A DNA stretch of 64,000 nucleotides from Octopus bimaculoides. Lineage: Eukaryota. Every line of letters begins with the position of its first letter. Position 1 is the stretch's first letter. The notes under the pieces are model-generated. The model saw only the letters and a list, made by a program, of their open reading frames with translations, was not told where the DNA came from and made no database searches. The position numbers and the translations under genes are program-made. The stretch covers positions 64,864,794 through 64,928,793 of the forward strand of contig NC_068982.1 in NCBI RefSeq assembly GCF_001194135.2. The letters are read 5' to 3'. Shown piece after piece: positions 12,990 to 27,289 of the stretch.

Positions 12990-13400
12990 ACCCAAATATG
13001 AGGGACAGGGGTCATTATAGTAGTGATAGGAAAAAAAGGACTGAAGAGACAACACACTTTGTGGGTCAGAGACTGGAGCATGTTTCTGAGTGATTTTATG
13101 CCAGTCAGTTGAGTGGTCCTTCTCTGGTTGAGTATGTTTGTGTGAGTAGCAACCATGTAGGTCTCACTTGAGCTTTGTTGAAGCTTAATTATTAGGGGAC
13201 TGAAATACTTTCTGGCCATGAATAGAAGGACCTGTCTTTTGGAAGCAGCCCTTGTTATGTTAAGGATGTGCTTTCACTGGGAGAAAATCTCACTGATAGT
13301 GAAACCTAACATTTGGAGTGACTGTGAGAGAGCTCTAGTTGAGTGCTGCTTGTGTGATGGAGGTGGGGTGTAATGGTTGATGTCTTCTTGATATGAGAAG
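12990..13400 (-). mobile_element. Heavily decayed LINE endonuclease-like fragment
   Basis: Minus-strand peptide remnants (IKSLRNMLQSLTHK) resemble an APE region of CR1/L2-group LINEs. Many stops. Confidence 0.35.
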
Positions 13401-13989
13401 AGCAGACAACTAATTATTAAACTACAATGAAGAGTTAATAGGTTTTCTTTCTCTCATAATTTGAATTCACTAAAATGAGACTAAAATAAAATCAGACAAG
13501 TATTCCCCTACCCCACTCTCTACCTAAATTTTTATAATTCCAAACTGAAGAAAACTTTTCTACTTTAGTATCTTTAGTTATTTTAACCTCAATATTGATT
13601 TTCTTTTTTCTTTTACTTGTTCTTGTTTTGTTTTTGTTAAATATATTATCAAAGGCCACTTGGATAAAAATATTGTTTTATTGCCTAGCTTGTGTCCATA
13701 AGGTGGAGAATACGGGTAGATAGTATTTAGAGGTCAGTCAGATTGATATCTTGGAGTGACATGGAGTTAGCTTTATGTTTGCTAGGTACATGTCAATAGC
13801 TAGTGTCTGAGGAGCATATGCAGGGTAATTTCCTTTTTTTATTTTTATAGAGGTATGGAGTTGGGATTTATTTTATTACAGTAGCAAGGCAAGGTCATTG
13901 GCTAAATGAAGTGGTGGCATGAAATAAAGGTTGAGGAAGAAATAAAGATAAACAATATTGCAAGGTAAAATAAAATAGCTCGAATATTT

Positions 13990-14330
13990 TCATTTGTTAT
14001 TCTTTCCTGCTCAGATCAAATCTATCTCTAGTCAAAATTGTTGTCTGCATTACTAGCTTCCTTTTTAGTTTAAAAACCACCAGAGGTGCAATAAAGCTGT
14101 TGTTCAACCACAGTTTTTTTATAGTGTTCAATGAATGAAAAACATCTTGCTTTGGACAAGGTGTTAGTCTATTGTAGATAAGTTTCCCAGGAAAGCCAAA
14201 TAAGTTTTCCACAGCTAGGTGAGCTGAGACAAAGTAGAATCCTTGTTGTAGAATCTAACTATTTGAAGTATGACAAAGTAGATATCTTCTCAAGAAATTC
14301 AACACAATAGTTGTTGCTGTGTTTGAAAAG
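13990..14330 (-). mobile_element. Decayed RTE RT C-terminal fragment
   Basis: Frameshifted remnants resembling KLRTFQ..L..ISWED...EIL...LAFLG...PKQ.F, the RTE C-terminal region. Confidence 0.4.
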
Positions 14331-14939
14331 TTCGTAGTTGGAATTTGGGTCTCAAAAATGTGCCCCAGCACGTTCGGGGTGACGGCGCCGTCGCAGGCAT
14401 GCCTTGCACATGTCCGCTTCAGTTGTCTGTTCACACTCCCGGCCCTATTTGCCAGTGCATGCGTGGTGAAGTTAATCTCATTTTACATTAAGCAATCATT
14501 AATGTAGTTGTTACTTAGACCCAGGTTAGTCTTGGCTAAGCAGTGCTGTCATCAAAGTTGTTCCATCTGTGACCATCATGCCTTGTTTTTTCAAGTGTTG
14601 TCCCTCCAAGACTGTATTATTTATGACAGCATATGCTAGGTATCCCCTTTTTAATTTTTTTTTTATGTGAGGATAGGATGTGGTTTGAAGAAGCTTTGGC
14701 TGCTATTCCTAACAGGTTGAGTGACCACATAGAAGTTTCTTTTATATAGGATGTTAGCTGCTTGGACATGTAGCAAACCTCTCATATAAATATGTAGATA
14801 TACTACATGAACAAGCTGGTTGTCAAGATTGTAGAGATTGATGCTCTTTATATGTTAAGAGAGGGGCTACAGTACTCATGACATTTATAGGTCCTTCCAG
14901 ACTGTTCAGATTAATGTAGGTGATGTTCAGCTTGAACTA

Positions 14940-15200
14940 CTGTAGGTCTGTGATAATAGGAAAAATATGGGTGAAAGGGGAATTTGAGAGGGGTCACTGT
15001 TCTTGGAAGGAAAGACTAGGGAAATTATTTGGTTGGCCATTTGGTAATATTGACAGAAAGAGGATACACAGAGAGGACTAGTTAATGTTGAGGGCATGCC
15101 ATTTGCAAGTTCAGAGGAGCAGTGGCCATTGGAATAAGGGAGATGTAATTGGAATAAGAGGGATGTAATGTGGATGAATCAGTGATTATGCTTTGGAATT
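14940..15200 (-). mobile_element. Decayed CR1/L2-group LINE 3' end
   Basis: Remnant NSPFTHIFPIITDLQ*FKLNITYINL. Similar remnants at about 29600-29720 (+) and 55600-56010 (-). Confidence 0.45.
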
Positions 15201-15799
15201 GTTCAGAGTTAGAATATACCTTCTATTATTCTGCTTGAAACCCTGTAAAGAACAAATGATAAAAATATATCTATTTAGTCATTTAATATCTTAATCTCAT
15301 ATCCGATTAAGCAGATATAAGGATTTATGCATATAATTTCATTTCTTTATATTGCTATACATCTACCTACGTATGTAGGAATTATATGAATGAGTGCACA
15401 AATACAGTTCCACCCTTGTTGGCATGGTGAAAGTAAATGGAGAAAAACAATGATGATGGTAGTAATAATAATGACAATGCTGGTGATAAGGATGATAAGG
15501 ATTAGTAGTTTCCATGCTTATCTAATTTAATGCTGGTCTATGAATCCAGTTTTACATTATGAAGGTATCGCTATCATCATTATCATTTTAATGTCCAGTA
15601 TTCCATGCTGGCATGGGTTCAACGGGCCCAGTTGTACAGCATCTTACCACTTGGGTAGTTCTTTCATTAGTTCTTGTGTGAGGCTTAGTACACTGAGATT
15701 TGACCGTACCACTTCTTCCCATATCTTCCTCTTCCAAAGGTGCCCACTCTCAACAATCACCAGCACATTCTCAATATAGTTTATATATTTATATTTTAT

Positions 15800-16012
15800 A
15801 AACAATTGCAGTGTGAAAGGTGTTTATAAGCCATTTAAAAACACACAAAAACCGTTAGATTCACTTCAACATTTAGATTTAAATGTTGAAGTGGATCTAA
15901 CGGTTTTTGTGTGTTTTTAAATGGTTTATAAACACCTTCCATGCTGCAATTGTTTTTGTTTCAGTACACGATCTCAGATCAGGTCACTTGCTATGCAAGT
16001 ACATCTCCATAA
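15800..16012. mobile_element. Fold-back (hairpin) retro-inserted element, copy 1
   Basis: 76-bp inverted arms 15800-15875 / 15880-15955 (5 transition mismatches), then a unique tail ending catctccataa. 11-bp direct repeat tatattttata at 15790-15800 and 16013-16023. Confidence 0.8.
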
Positions 16013-16336
16013 TATATTTTATAGCTTATATATATATATATATATAGTTTATAATGCAGGGTTTCATTGTTGGATTATAAACTATCTTCTCTGAGTCTGT
16101 GGGAAGAATATAAATCAATACTGAATGAAACATTTGTCACTTGGTGTTCCTTGTAATATTTTGTTGTAGATGCATGCAGTAATTCGCATAATGTGTGCTA
16201 ATTTTGTCTTTCCTTTCAAAGTATGTGTACATCCATGCCTGGTAACCATCAATCAAATTTCTTTAATGATAAAACTTGATTTTTTACCTTGTGTGCATTC
16301 ATTTTTTCCCTTTTCTAGTTCTGTGCACACACAAGT

Positions 16337-16665
16337 GTGAAGGCGCGTGGCTTAGTGGTTAGGGCATTCGGCTCGAGATTGTAAGGTCATGAGTTCAATT
16401 CCTAGCGACGCGTTGTGTCCTTGAGCAAGACACTTTATTTCACGTTGCTCCAGTTCACTCAGATGGCAAAAATGAGTAGTACTAGTGTTTCAAAGGGCCG
16501 GCCTTGTCACGCTATGTGTCATGCTGAATCTCCCTGAGAACTACGTTAGGGGTACACATGTCTGTGGATTGCTCAGTCACTTGCACATTAATTTCCCGAG
16601 CAAGCTGTTCTGTTGATCGTATCAGCTGGGACCCTCGTCGTTGTAACCGACTGAGTGCTCCTTAG
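16337..16665 (+). mobile_element. tRNA-derived SINE, family B
   Basis: Head tggcttagtggttagg...gagttcaattcc. 14-bp TSD gtgcacacacaagt at 16323-16336 and 16666-16679. Confidence 0.9.
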
Positions 16666-17864
16666 GTGCACACACAAGTACACACAACTTAGAGGGAACA
16701 GTGGCTAGCAGTTGAAAGGTGTTGGTGAGTAAATTCTTGTGATCTTTTCATTGTTTAGTACTAGCTCAAGCCTGATCACATAGGATTATGTTATTTGATG
16801 TGTCTTTCCCTTTTTCTTTAGATGGTAGTGTAATTTGAAGGAGATCTGGCTGCTGTCTGTAGCAGGTCAAGCAAGCATACTCTGGTTTCCCTTTTGCCCA
16901 CTGTGCCCTAGTTGTTGCTACTGATTTTGTTTAGTTTGAGGTCAGCTCTGATTAAGTAGACATATGGTCAAAGACATTCCAACCATGGCAATGGCACCTT
17001 TTTTTCCATGTATTTTGTATGCCTGACTACAATATCCAATACATATTTCCCTTTTATAATACGGTAGTGTGTGATATGAATGAGATTATATTATTTCTAG
17101 CAAGCCAAGCAACAATGTGATGGTTTTTTTGTTGACTCATTGTGATTTAGTTGTGACTTTTAGAAGCATTTAAGTTACATTTACCTGATTAGTTTAGTGT
17201 GTTACATCTCCAAGTATCAACACATTGTAACAATGTAATTTCCAGAACCATCAAAAGACAATATGTTTTCTTAATAAATTGTTTGTCCGACATATTTGTT
17301 TGTAACTTGTTTATACAATAAGTCAGTGTGTTTTAAACAATGAGTTTGCCTCTTTATTCTCATACTTTATATGAGAACTTTTACTTATGACTTTCTTTTA
17401 TTTCTTTTTCTTTTTTGTAGACATTCCTCTGTTAATTAATTAGTCTTGAACATTATATATAAAAAAAAAAATATAAAGAAAAAGATCCTTATTTTCTGCA
17501 TAGTTTTTGTCATATGTTCATCATTATTACCATAGCCGTCATAATCATCATCATCATCATTATCATGGTCATCATGACGATCATCATCTTCAATAAGGGA
17601 GTTTTAGAAACCAATCAGCAATATTCTATGGAGTCATATAAACTGCTAGAAATAGAAGCCAAATCTCCTTTAAATTACATCATACTGTCTCACTGGATAT
17701 TGTAGTTCTAAATATATTGTGCTTGGGGAAATGGAATGAAATAGTTATGGTGAGGGGCTAAACAGCAAAATTTTCTTCCTCTCAAGAACTGGGGTTAATT
17801 TAATTGACTAACCCCCTCCCCTCAGATCTCAAGCCCTGTGCTCATATTGGTATCAGTTGTTGTT

Positions 17865-18280
17865 GGCAGATTCTTTAGAACATCAGATAAAATATCTTGT
17901 TCTGACTCTTTACATTCTGAGTTTGAATCCTGTTGAAGTCAATTTGCGTCTCATTCCTCAGGGGTTGCTAAAATAGCAGTAAAGTACTGTCATTAGTTTA
18001 ACTGACTATCCTTCAGCTCTAAAAACACTGGCCTTGCGCCTAAATTAGATGCAATTGTTATGATGATGACAAGGGAGTGAGCTGGCAGAATTGTTAGTGT
18101 TGGAAAAATGCTTTGTAGTGTTTGTTCTGGCTCTTTACTTTTTGAGTTTAAATTTTGCCAAGCACAACTTTGTCTTTCATCTCTTTGGACTGATAAAATA
18201 AAGTACCAGTCAAATATAGGAGTCAATGCTATTGACTAATTCCTTCCCTTAAAATTGCTGGCCTTGTGCCAAAATTTGAA

Positions 18281-18312
<32 letters not shown>

Positions 18313-18975
18313 GATGGTGATCAAATTCCACCGAGGTCAACTTTGCCTTTCATCCTTTTGGGGTTGATAGAATAAGTATCAATCAAGCACTGAAGTCAAT
18401 GTAATTGACTAACTTCCTTCCCCAAACTTTCGGGCCTTGTGCCGATAATAGAAAGGATTATTGAGAGGGTGAGCTAGCAGAACCATTCACACACTGGGCA
18501 AAATGGTTAGTGGCATTTCATCTGTCTTTACGTTCTGAGTTCAAATTCTGCTGGTGTCAACTTTGCCTTTCATCCTTTTGGGGTTAATAAAATAAGTACT
18601 AGTTGATCCCTGGGTGTCAATATAATCAACTTACCACTCCCCCAAAATTGCTGGTATTGTGCCAAAATTTGAAACTGTTATTACTATTATTATTATTATT
18701 AAGGTGGTGAGCTGGCACGATTGTTACTACACCTGACAAAATGTTTGGCACATCTCTTCTGGCTTTATGTTCTGAGTTCAAATTCCATCATGGTTGACTT
18801 TGCCTTTCATCTTTTCAGGGTTGATAAAATTGTACCTGTCAAACATTCGGGTCAACAATATTGACTTACCCATTCTCCTAAAATTGTTGGTCTTGTGCCA
18901 AAAATTTGAAACCATTATTGTTGTTGTTGTTATTATTATTGTCATTATTATTATTATTATCATTATTATTATAAC

Positions 18976-19009
<34 letters not shown>

Positions 19010-19240
19010 GTAAAGCGGGTGAGCTGGTAAAATTGTTAGCAAGCCAGACAAAATGCTTTGCCACATTTTGTCTGTCTTTACAATCTGAGTTCAAATGCCA
19101 CCAAGGTCAACTTTGCCTTTCATCTTTTTGGGGTCAATAAAATAAGTACCATTTGAGTACTGGGGTGGTCAGTGTTATTGATTTATCTCCCCCCTGAACT
19201 TGCTGGCCTTGTGTGCCAAAATTTGAAATTATTATTATTA
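17865..19240 (+). mobile_element. Head-to-tail array of about 6 family C SINEs
   Basis: Repeating gtgagctggcagaa...ctgagttcaaattc...tttgcctttcatcc...ccttgtgccaaaatttgaaa units separated by (TAT)n/(TGT)n tails. Confidence 0.85.
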
Positions 19241-19872
19241 CCTTTCCTTCACTGGACACTAAACTCTGTTTGCGAAGACCTGTCGAGGCAAATGAAATCG
19301 ATCCAAATTCGATGACTGGCACCCATGCCAACCTCTCCTTCATTGGACACTAAACTCAGCTTGCGAAGACCTGTTGGGGCAAGTGAAATCGAAGTCGTGA
19401 TTGAACCAAATTCGATGACTGGCACCTGTGCCAGTGGAGCGTTAAGAGCACCTTCTGAGTGTGATCATTGCCAGAGCAACTATCTGGCTTCCATGCCAGT
19501 GGCATGTAAATAGCACCTTTGAGCATGATCATTACCAGTGTTGCCTTACTGGCGCTTGTGCCGGTGGTACACAAAAAAACATTCGAGCGAGGTCGATGCC
19601 AGTGCCGCTGGACTGGCTCTTGTGCAGGTGGCATGTAAAAAACACCATTTTGAGTGTGGCCGTTGCCAGTACCGCCTGACTGACCCTCGTGCCATTGGCA
19701 TGTAAAAGCACCCACTACACTCTCGGAGTGGTTGGCATTAGGAAGGGCATCCAGCTGTAGAAACTCTGCCAGATCAGATTGGAGCCTGGTGCAGCCTTCT
19801 GGTTCACCAGTCCTCAGTCAAATCGTCCAACCCATGGAAGGCAGACGTTAAACGATGATGATGGCGATGATG
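19241..19872 (+). mobile_element. 3' UTR-only copy of the RTE LINE at 8139
   Basis: Colinear with about 8921-9604, including both ggacactaaact...gcgaagacctgt repeats and the gatgatgat tail. Confidence 0.85.
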
Positions 19873-21499
19873 TGAGTTGGCAGAATTGCTAGCACATTGA
19901 AGCAGAGACAATTTAGGGTTAAGATCCTTCTGTCTTGTCAAGGGTATGACAATCTCTTTAGTGCTGGTGTCATAATAAAATGCATCTAGTAACTCTTGTA
20001 AAGTGCTTGGTGATAGAAAGGGCACCCAAGCTAAAAATGAAACATGATTGATAAGTAGTCTTCTGACCCTTGTAAGAAGGCAGTTACTCTGAATGAGAAC
20101 TGACTCAGGTTATGACAACTTGTCTAATCCATGTCAACGTAGACAGTTTATGTAAAACATTGATGATGATGAAAAGCAGGACTGTTCCTTAGTGGCAAAC
20201 TACTAGGATAGATTAGATGAGTAAATGACCAAATGACATACTGATATAAGTACAAACCCACTGAAAGTGATGTTTTTTTTGACTTTCCAGTATCTGATAA
20301 AATAGAATTTTGTGGTGTATAAGGAAATGTATTCCAATTTTAGACCATATTTGACATGTGGACATTGTGGTTGGCACTCAAACCTTTGATTAGTTATTCC
20401 ATGGTGTGAGTTACCTTTGCCATGTTACCAATTATTTCTAACAATTCCTTCACCACCACTACCCCCACCAACTTTTAACAACAATAAACTAACAAGAAAG
20501 TCTATGCAAATTCTCAGCTTGCTAGAAATAACAGCTAAATCTCTTTTATATCATACTGTCTTAAACAAGGAAAAGACACGCTAGATAATGTAGTCTTAGA
20601 TAATCTTAAAAAGAGAGCATAGTCACGACTGGAATGTGGTTTCATCACAGGTCTGATCTATTATACTGACCTGGGGCTAAACAACAACTAACTAACAACA
20701 ACAATATACTACATTTAATAATAAGCTGCTTACAAAACTGTCTGGTTAATGAGTCAAAGCAGTCATGCTACTAGGTTACTGACTATAAATGAGTCACCTA
20801 AATCTGTCCACCTTGACATGTACACATAGATCTGTTGTTGCCTTTTTCGCAAACTGCTGCATATTTGAGTGCTTATCTTGGCCACCTTTTGTAAATTACA
20901 AAATAGAAAAATAACAGCATTATATAAATAACTTTCTGATCAACTTTTTATTCTATTTTTCACTCAACACCCACCTAGGTTCAGGGTGGATTATTTACTT
21001 GAGCATTCTTATTTTCCTCTGGAATGTCGATGTTACTTCAACAATGAATTTTTTAAATTTCATTTTTGTTTCATTTTTTTTGATGTTCTTTTCCTGTTTT
21101 ATTTTTCCTTCATTTACTTAATTATTATTTTTTTTTTGTTTTGAAAAGATAGAAAAACAAAACATATTATTTTACTTCACTTGTAAACTGCAGTTGTTGT
21201 TATTTTGTGAACATTTCCTATGAAAACAAAGACCTTGTAGACACTTGACTGAAGCATCATATTTTATAACAGTGGAATTTGTTTTATAGCCAGATTAACT
21301 TTTTGAGAATTTGGTTATTGCTAGACAGTGTAATAACCACAAGTTATATTCTGATCCTTTATTTGATGCTGTGCATTTACCAAATTGGTTGGTTGCTAAT
21401 ACTGTAAAGTGAGGCAGAAGGAACCCCAGAAAGACACATGTAACACTGAATATTTAGTGTTCAATAGATAAGTTGTGTTTTTTTTTTTTTTTTAGAATT

Positions 21500-21980
<481 letters not shown>

Positions 21981-22151
21981 CTGTTTAATTTTATTTTTAG
22001 TAATGGATTTCCATCAGTTTTGATGATGAATATCCAGCTTTTTGATCAACCTGCTTGTTGAATCAGTGAACAAGGGGTTGAGCTTTCTACAGACACATGT
22101 ACTCTTGACATAACCCTTAGAATTAGTGTTTTACACTATATGACAATGCTG

Positions 22152-22597
22152 TCGTCATCATCATCATCGTTTAACGTCCGCTTTCGATGCTAGCATGGGT
22201 TGGACGATTTGACTGAGGACTGGTGGAGCACGAAGGCTACACCAGGCTCCAATCTGATTTGGCAGTTTCTACAGCTGGATGCCCTTCCTAACGCCAACCA
22301 CTCCGAGAGTGTAGTAGGTGCTTTTACGTGTCACCCGCACAAAGGCCAGTCAGGCGATATTGGCAACGGCCACGCTCAAGATGGTGTATTTTATGTGCCA
22401 CCCGCACAAGAGCCAGTCCAGGGGCACTGGCAATGATCTCGCTCGAAAGTCCTTACACATGCTGCGGGCACAAGTGCCAGAAAGGCGACGCTGGGCACAG
22501 GTGCCATCCCGATTTCGCTTTCGCTTGCCCCAATAAGTCTTTGCAAGCTGAGTTTCATGTCCAATGATGGAGATGACGTTGGCATGGGTGCCAGTCA
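22152..22597 (-). mobile_element. 3' UTR-only copy of the RTE LINE
   Basis: tcatcatcatcgtttaacgtccgctttc... is the reverse complement of the 8139 element's 3' end. Confidence 0.85.
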
Positions 22598-23229
22598 CAG
22601 TTTCCATTCACCCAATTTCACTCACAAACCTTAGGCTGAACCAGCAATTGGAAAAGACATTTTTCCAAGATACCACATATTGGGATTGAACCTGACACAT
22701 TGTGATTGCAAAATGAAATTCTTAATCATTTGGCCATTCTGTACTCACATGTTAGTGTAATTGTCTGGGTAGAAAAGGTCTTTGTACAATATTTTACAAA
22801 TTGCATTCTTAAACAAGAGATAGGTCAATATTTTTGTACAGTTTTAGGAAATGGAGAATATTCATTCAATTCTGTACACCAGCTTGTCTTTTATTAGCTG
22901 TCTTGTAAGCAGATCTACTTCTTGTATAATTTCTATGCCCAACTTTCAGTGTAACATTTCAACAATTTTCTGTATGATCTTGAAGCTTGTTTATTTCTTG
23001 GTGAGAGTTCTAAATAAATAGATCCTTCTAAAAAGCTGTTGTAACTGAAGTTACTAATAACATAGAAAATACCTCTTGTTAGATATATGTCTTTGTTTTT
23101 CTTTCTCTTTCTCTCACCCACACCTTTTCTGCTGTGGAATTGACTTGAGAACCACATGATTATGAAACAAATTCAACCAAATATTCAAACATACATAAAA
23201 TCCACATGTTTAGATAAATTGGTATACCT

Positions 23230-23760
<531 letters not shown>

Positions 23761-24379
23761 GGCCCCATTGTCTAAGATTGAGAAAAAAAATTAATTTCAA
23801 CAGTGGGAATTAATTTTTTCCAAGTGGAAATATATTTTTGGTCTCTCTGTCTCTGAAAGGCCAGTAACTGAAACATTAAATACCTCTTTTTCCTATGACA
23901 TATAATCATATACAAACTCACCAAATTTGCTGTATAATTTTTGTCAATGCAGACCATTACCAGTTTCCTCGAACTCTGTTGTTTACCATACGTTAATTAA
24001 GTGTAATATTTTAATTAAGTTAAGATTAGTATGTATGTTCTTGTTGGATGCCAATAAAGACTGGCCAGGATTGCATGTTGAACATAGTGTGTTGTTTCAG
24101 CCACTTAGCTACAATTAGATACAATAGCATGGCTGGTAATTTGGTGTTAAAAGCATTAAACTCACTGGATAATTTGTGAGTGATTACCATCGAGTTTACA
24201 AATGGAATTGTACTGGAACTTTTAAGATACAGCTTAAAGGTTGGTGCCCACCTAACTACTTTTGCCTTTTGCCATGGTGTTGCTCATCAAATGAGCATTA
24301 ACCAGCCAATCAGCAAACTGAACTTACATCAGGATATTGTGTGTGTGTGTTTCTGTGTGTGTGTGCACGCGTTAATAAA

Positions 24380-24700
24380 TCTTTCCAACCACATAGTTTT
24401 GGGTTCAGTCCAACTGCATGGCATGTTGGGCAAGTGCCTTCTACTATAACCCAGGGCCAATCAAAGCCTTGTGAGTGGATTAGAGGGAAACTGAAAGAAG
24501 CCCATCATATTATGCATGTATGTGTGTACATGTGAGTATCTCATTGTCTTGGCAATGTGTGGTAGCTGTAATTGAACATCACCATCATAGAAGTGGTGTC
24601 CTTCGTTTTTAATATTCCATAAAAACATGTTTGATCAATGGGGGAAATATTAATTTACTTGGAAACAGGTGAGGGTTGGTAACAGCATGGACATTTTGAT
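24380..24700 (+). mobile_element. Older A' SINE
   Basis: Head gggttcagtccaactgc...ttgggcaagtg and alternative tail ggaaacaggtgagggttgg, interrupted by a young family A copy. Confidence 0.65.
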
Positions 24701-25092
24701 TGGCTGTGTGGTAAGTAGCTTGCTTACCAACCACATCGTTCCGGGTTCAGTCCCACTGCGTGGCACCTTGGGCAAGTGTCTTCTACTATAGCCTTGGGCC
24801 GACCAAAGCCTTGTGAGTGGGTTTGGTAGATGGAAACTGAAAGAAGCCCGTCGTATGTATGTATATATATATATATATGTATGTGTGTATCTGTGTTTGT
24901 CCCCCCAACATCACTTGACAACTGATGCTGGTGTGTTTAGGTCCCCGTAATATAGCGGTTCAGCAAAAAGAGACCGATAGAATAAGTACTAGGCTTACAA
25001 AGAATAAGTCCTGGGGTCGATTTGATTCGACTAAAGGCGGTGCTCCTGCATGGCCGCAGTCAAATGACTGAAACAAGTAAAAGAGTAAAAGA
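24701..25092 (+). mobile_element. Family A SINE (young)
   Basis: tggctgtgtggtaagtagc...gactgaaacaagtaaaagagtaaaag. Confidence 0.9.
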
Positions 25093-25570
25093 CTATGCCT
25101 ACATACATGTGCATATGCACACATACACACACACATACACACACACACGTATACATACATCTATCTACATAACAGCCCACTAACTATTCCACCTCTATAT
25201 AAATATGAACTGTGGGTATGGTGGTATGATTATCTACTACGTATTCCTGTATTTGTCTGAGTGTTAGGTCCTTTGGTTGCTTGGATAAAATGCAGATGTT
25301 AAGATGACACAGGTTGCCTCCATGTTGGTCCTTGGCATGTTCATAGAGTATGGAGGACTGTTAACTGCACGGTGTGTAGGATTAACCCTGGCATTAACTG
25401 TAGAACTAGAAATGTATTTTACAGCATAAGATGCATAGAAGGTGCTTGTAAAGACATGAACATGACATACATAGAGGAAACACCTAGGAAATGCCGAATG
25501 ACTAAATGAACATTTGAGATCTCACTACCTCATGATTTAACCACGAGCCATGTTCCTTCAGATATATATA

Positions 25571-25899
25571 CTCTTTTACTTGTTTCAGTCTTTTGACTGT
25601 GGCCATGCTGGAGCACCGCCTTTAGTCGAGCAAATCGACCCCAGGACTTATTCTTTAGAAGCCTAGTACTTATTCTATCGGTCTCTATTGCCGAACAGCT
25701 AAGTTACGGGGACATAAACACACCAGCATCGGTTGTCAAGCGATGTTGGGGGAATAAACACAGACACACATGCATATATATATATATACATATATACGAC
25801 GGGCTTCTTTCAGTTTCCGTCTCCCAAATCCATTCACAAGGCTTTGGTCGGCCCGAGGCTATATACAAGATGCCACGCAGTGGGACTGAACCCGGGACC
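25571..25899 (-). mobile_element. Family A SINE, 5'-truncated
   Basis: Matches family A from the tail to gggactgaacccgggacc. Confidence 0.88.
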
Positions 25900-26272
25900 T
25901 AGTGCTCACCTGGTTTCGTGTTGTGAACCAGTGGAATGTCAAGGATGTGGCAACTGGAATGGTAGAAGATCTGCACCAGCATTGCGATGATACTTGTTTT
26001 TCAGCAAAATAGACTAGAATAATGTAGTTGAAGTACCTTGTGCAAAGACACAGTGTTGTCCAGTCCAGGATTCAAACATGTAACTTTAAGATTGAGAACA
26101 CAACACCCTAACCACTAGGCTGCATACCAGTGTATGCAAATGCAGATAAGTGGTTAATCCTTGACTGATGGCAGTTCTTAGCATTGTGTTATTTTATTTG
26201 GATTTGATTGTGTTGAATATGTGCTGTGTGAATTGTGCTATATATATTGGGAGATGATTACATAGAAATGTA

Positions 26273-26495
26273 TATGAAGATGTGCTGAAAAGTTCCTGGC
26301 TTTAAGGGTATTGCGAAAGGCCTAGTTGGAGGAGGCCCAACCTTCTGAGTTCTTTTACAGGGATTAGAAAACTGAGGGACTGCTGCAATATGGGTGTGAA
26401 TCTGAGATGGGAATATGTTCCATAAAACCATAATTAACTGATCCTCATGTATTTTCTTTTATCCAAAGCCAGGAACTTTTCAACACCCCATTGTA
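26273..26495 (+). mobile_element. Mariner-type internally deleted element (MITE)
   Basis: TIRs gtgctgaaaagttcctggcttt / aaagccaggaacttttcaacac. The interior retains a decayed transposase C-terminus (KLRDCCN.GVNLRWEYVP*, cf. mariner ...KCV...G.YVE*). Confidence 0.75.
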
Positions 26496-26956
26496 TGTAC
26501 ACACACACACACACACGTACACATTTGTTGTATATTGTTTTTTTTCAGATAGTGATTACATTGCATGTTTGTTGTCTGAGCTGAATTATTTTTATGAGTA
26601 TTATCATTATATATTTATCTGACTTATTACTTACACATCTAGTTGAAACACAAGCTACAATTATGTAACAGAAACTGGTATTAATGATGCTTTATAACTT
26701 CCCCAACATTACTTACTGCCCTACACCCCTGTACATCTATTTCCTGCTAGCTCTGTTGCCTTAGGGAAATAATATTCTTTATGAGGCAGCTTATGACACT
26801 TTCTCAAATATGCTATTCATCTTTTTCTATTCTATGGTAGTCTGGATTTTGTTCTTAGTCTCTTTTATTTTTCTTTATTTTTTTCTTTTTTAATCATTTT
26901 TTTTTTTTTTTCATCTTTTATCTTGATTGTATTAAATAAGCAAGTCAGATTGTATG

Positions 26957-26995
<39 letters not shown>

Positions 26996-27289
26996 TCACG
27001 CTGGATAGTCAGCTTTTACCTGTTTAATCTGCTTACATAAGAGACATAACTTAGTTCGTCACTTTGATTAATTGACTGTAAGATATTCACATCTGCTATC
27101 TATCTATTCATATTAGGAATTTACATGTTCATATTTATCAGCTTTTATTGATTACTTTTCATTATTTTCTGTAATTAACTTAGCATTTTTGAAATCATGG
27201 AATCTGCATGAATTCTTTGTACTGGTAGAATATTTGCATTCTTGGTTGCAGGGAAGATGTGTAAATCATTGAAGAAAGTAGATTTTTTA

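Noticed and set aside
17865-19240. Regular repeat-spacer look suggesting a CRISPR array
   Set aside because: Eukaryotic DNA with ~230-bp diverged SINE units, no short invariant repeats and no cas genes.
24101-24175. Possible 75-bp internal exon (ttgtttcAG...GTGAGT; HLATIRYNSMAGNLVLKALNSLDNL)
   Set aside because: Splice signals are plausible, but no recognisable protein and no way to chain it to other exons. Such pseudo-exons are expected by chance in 64 kb.
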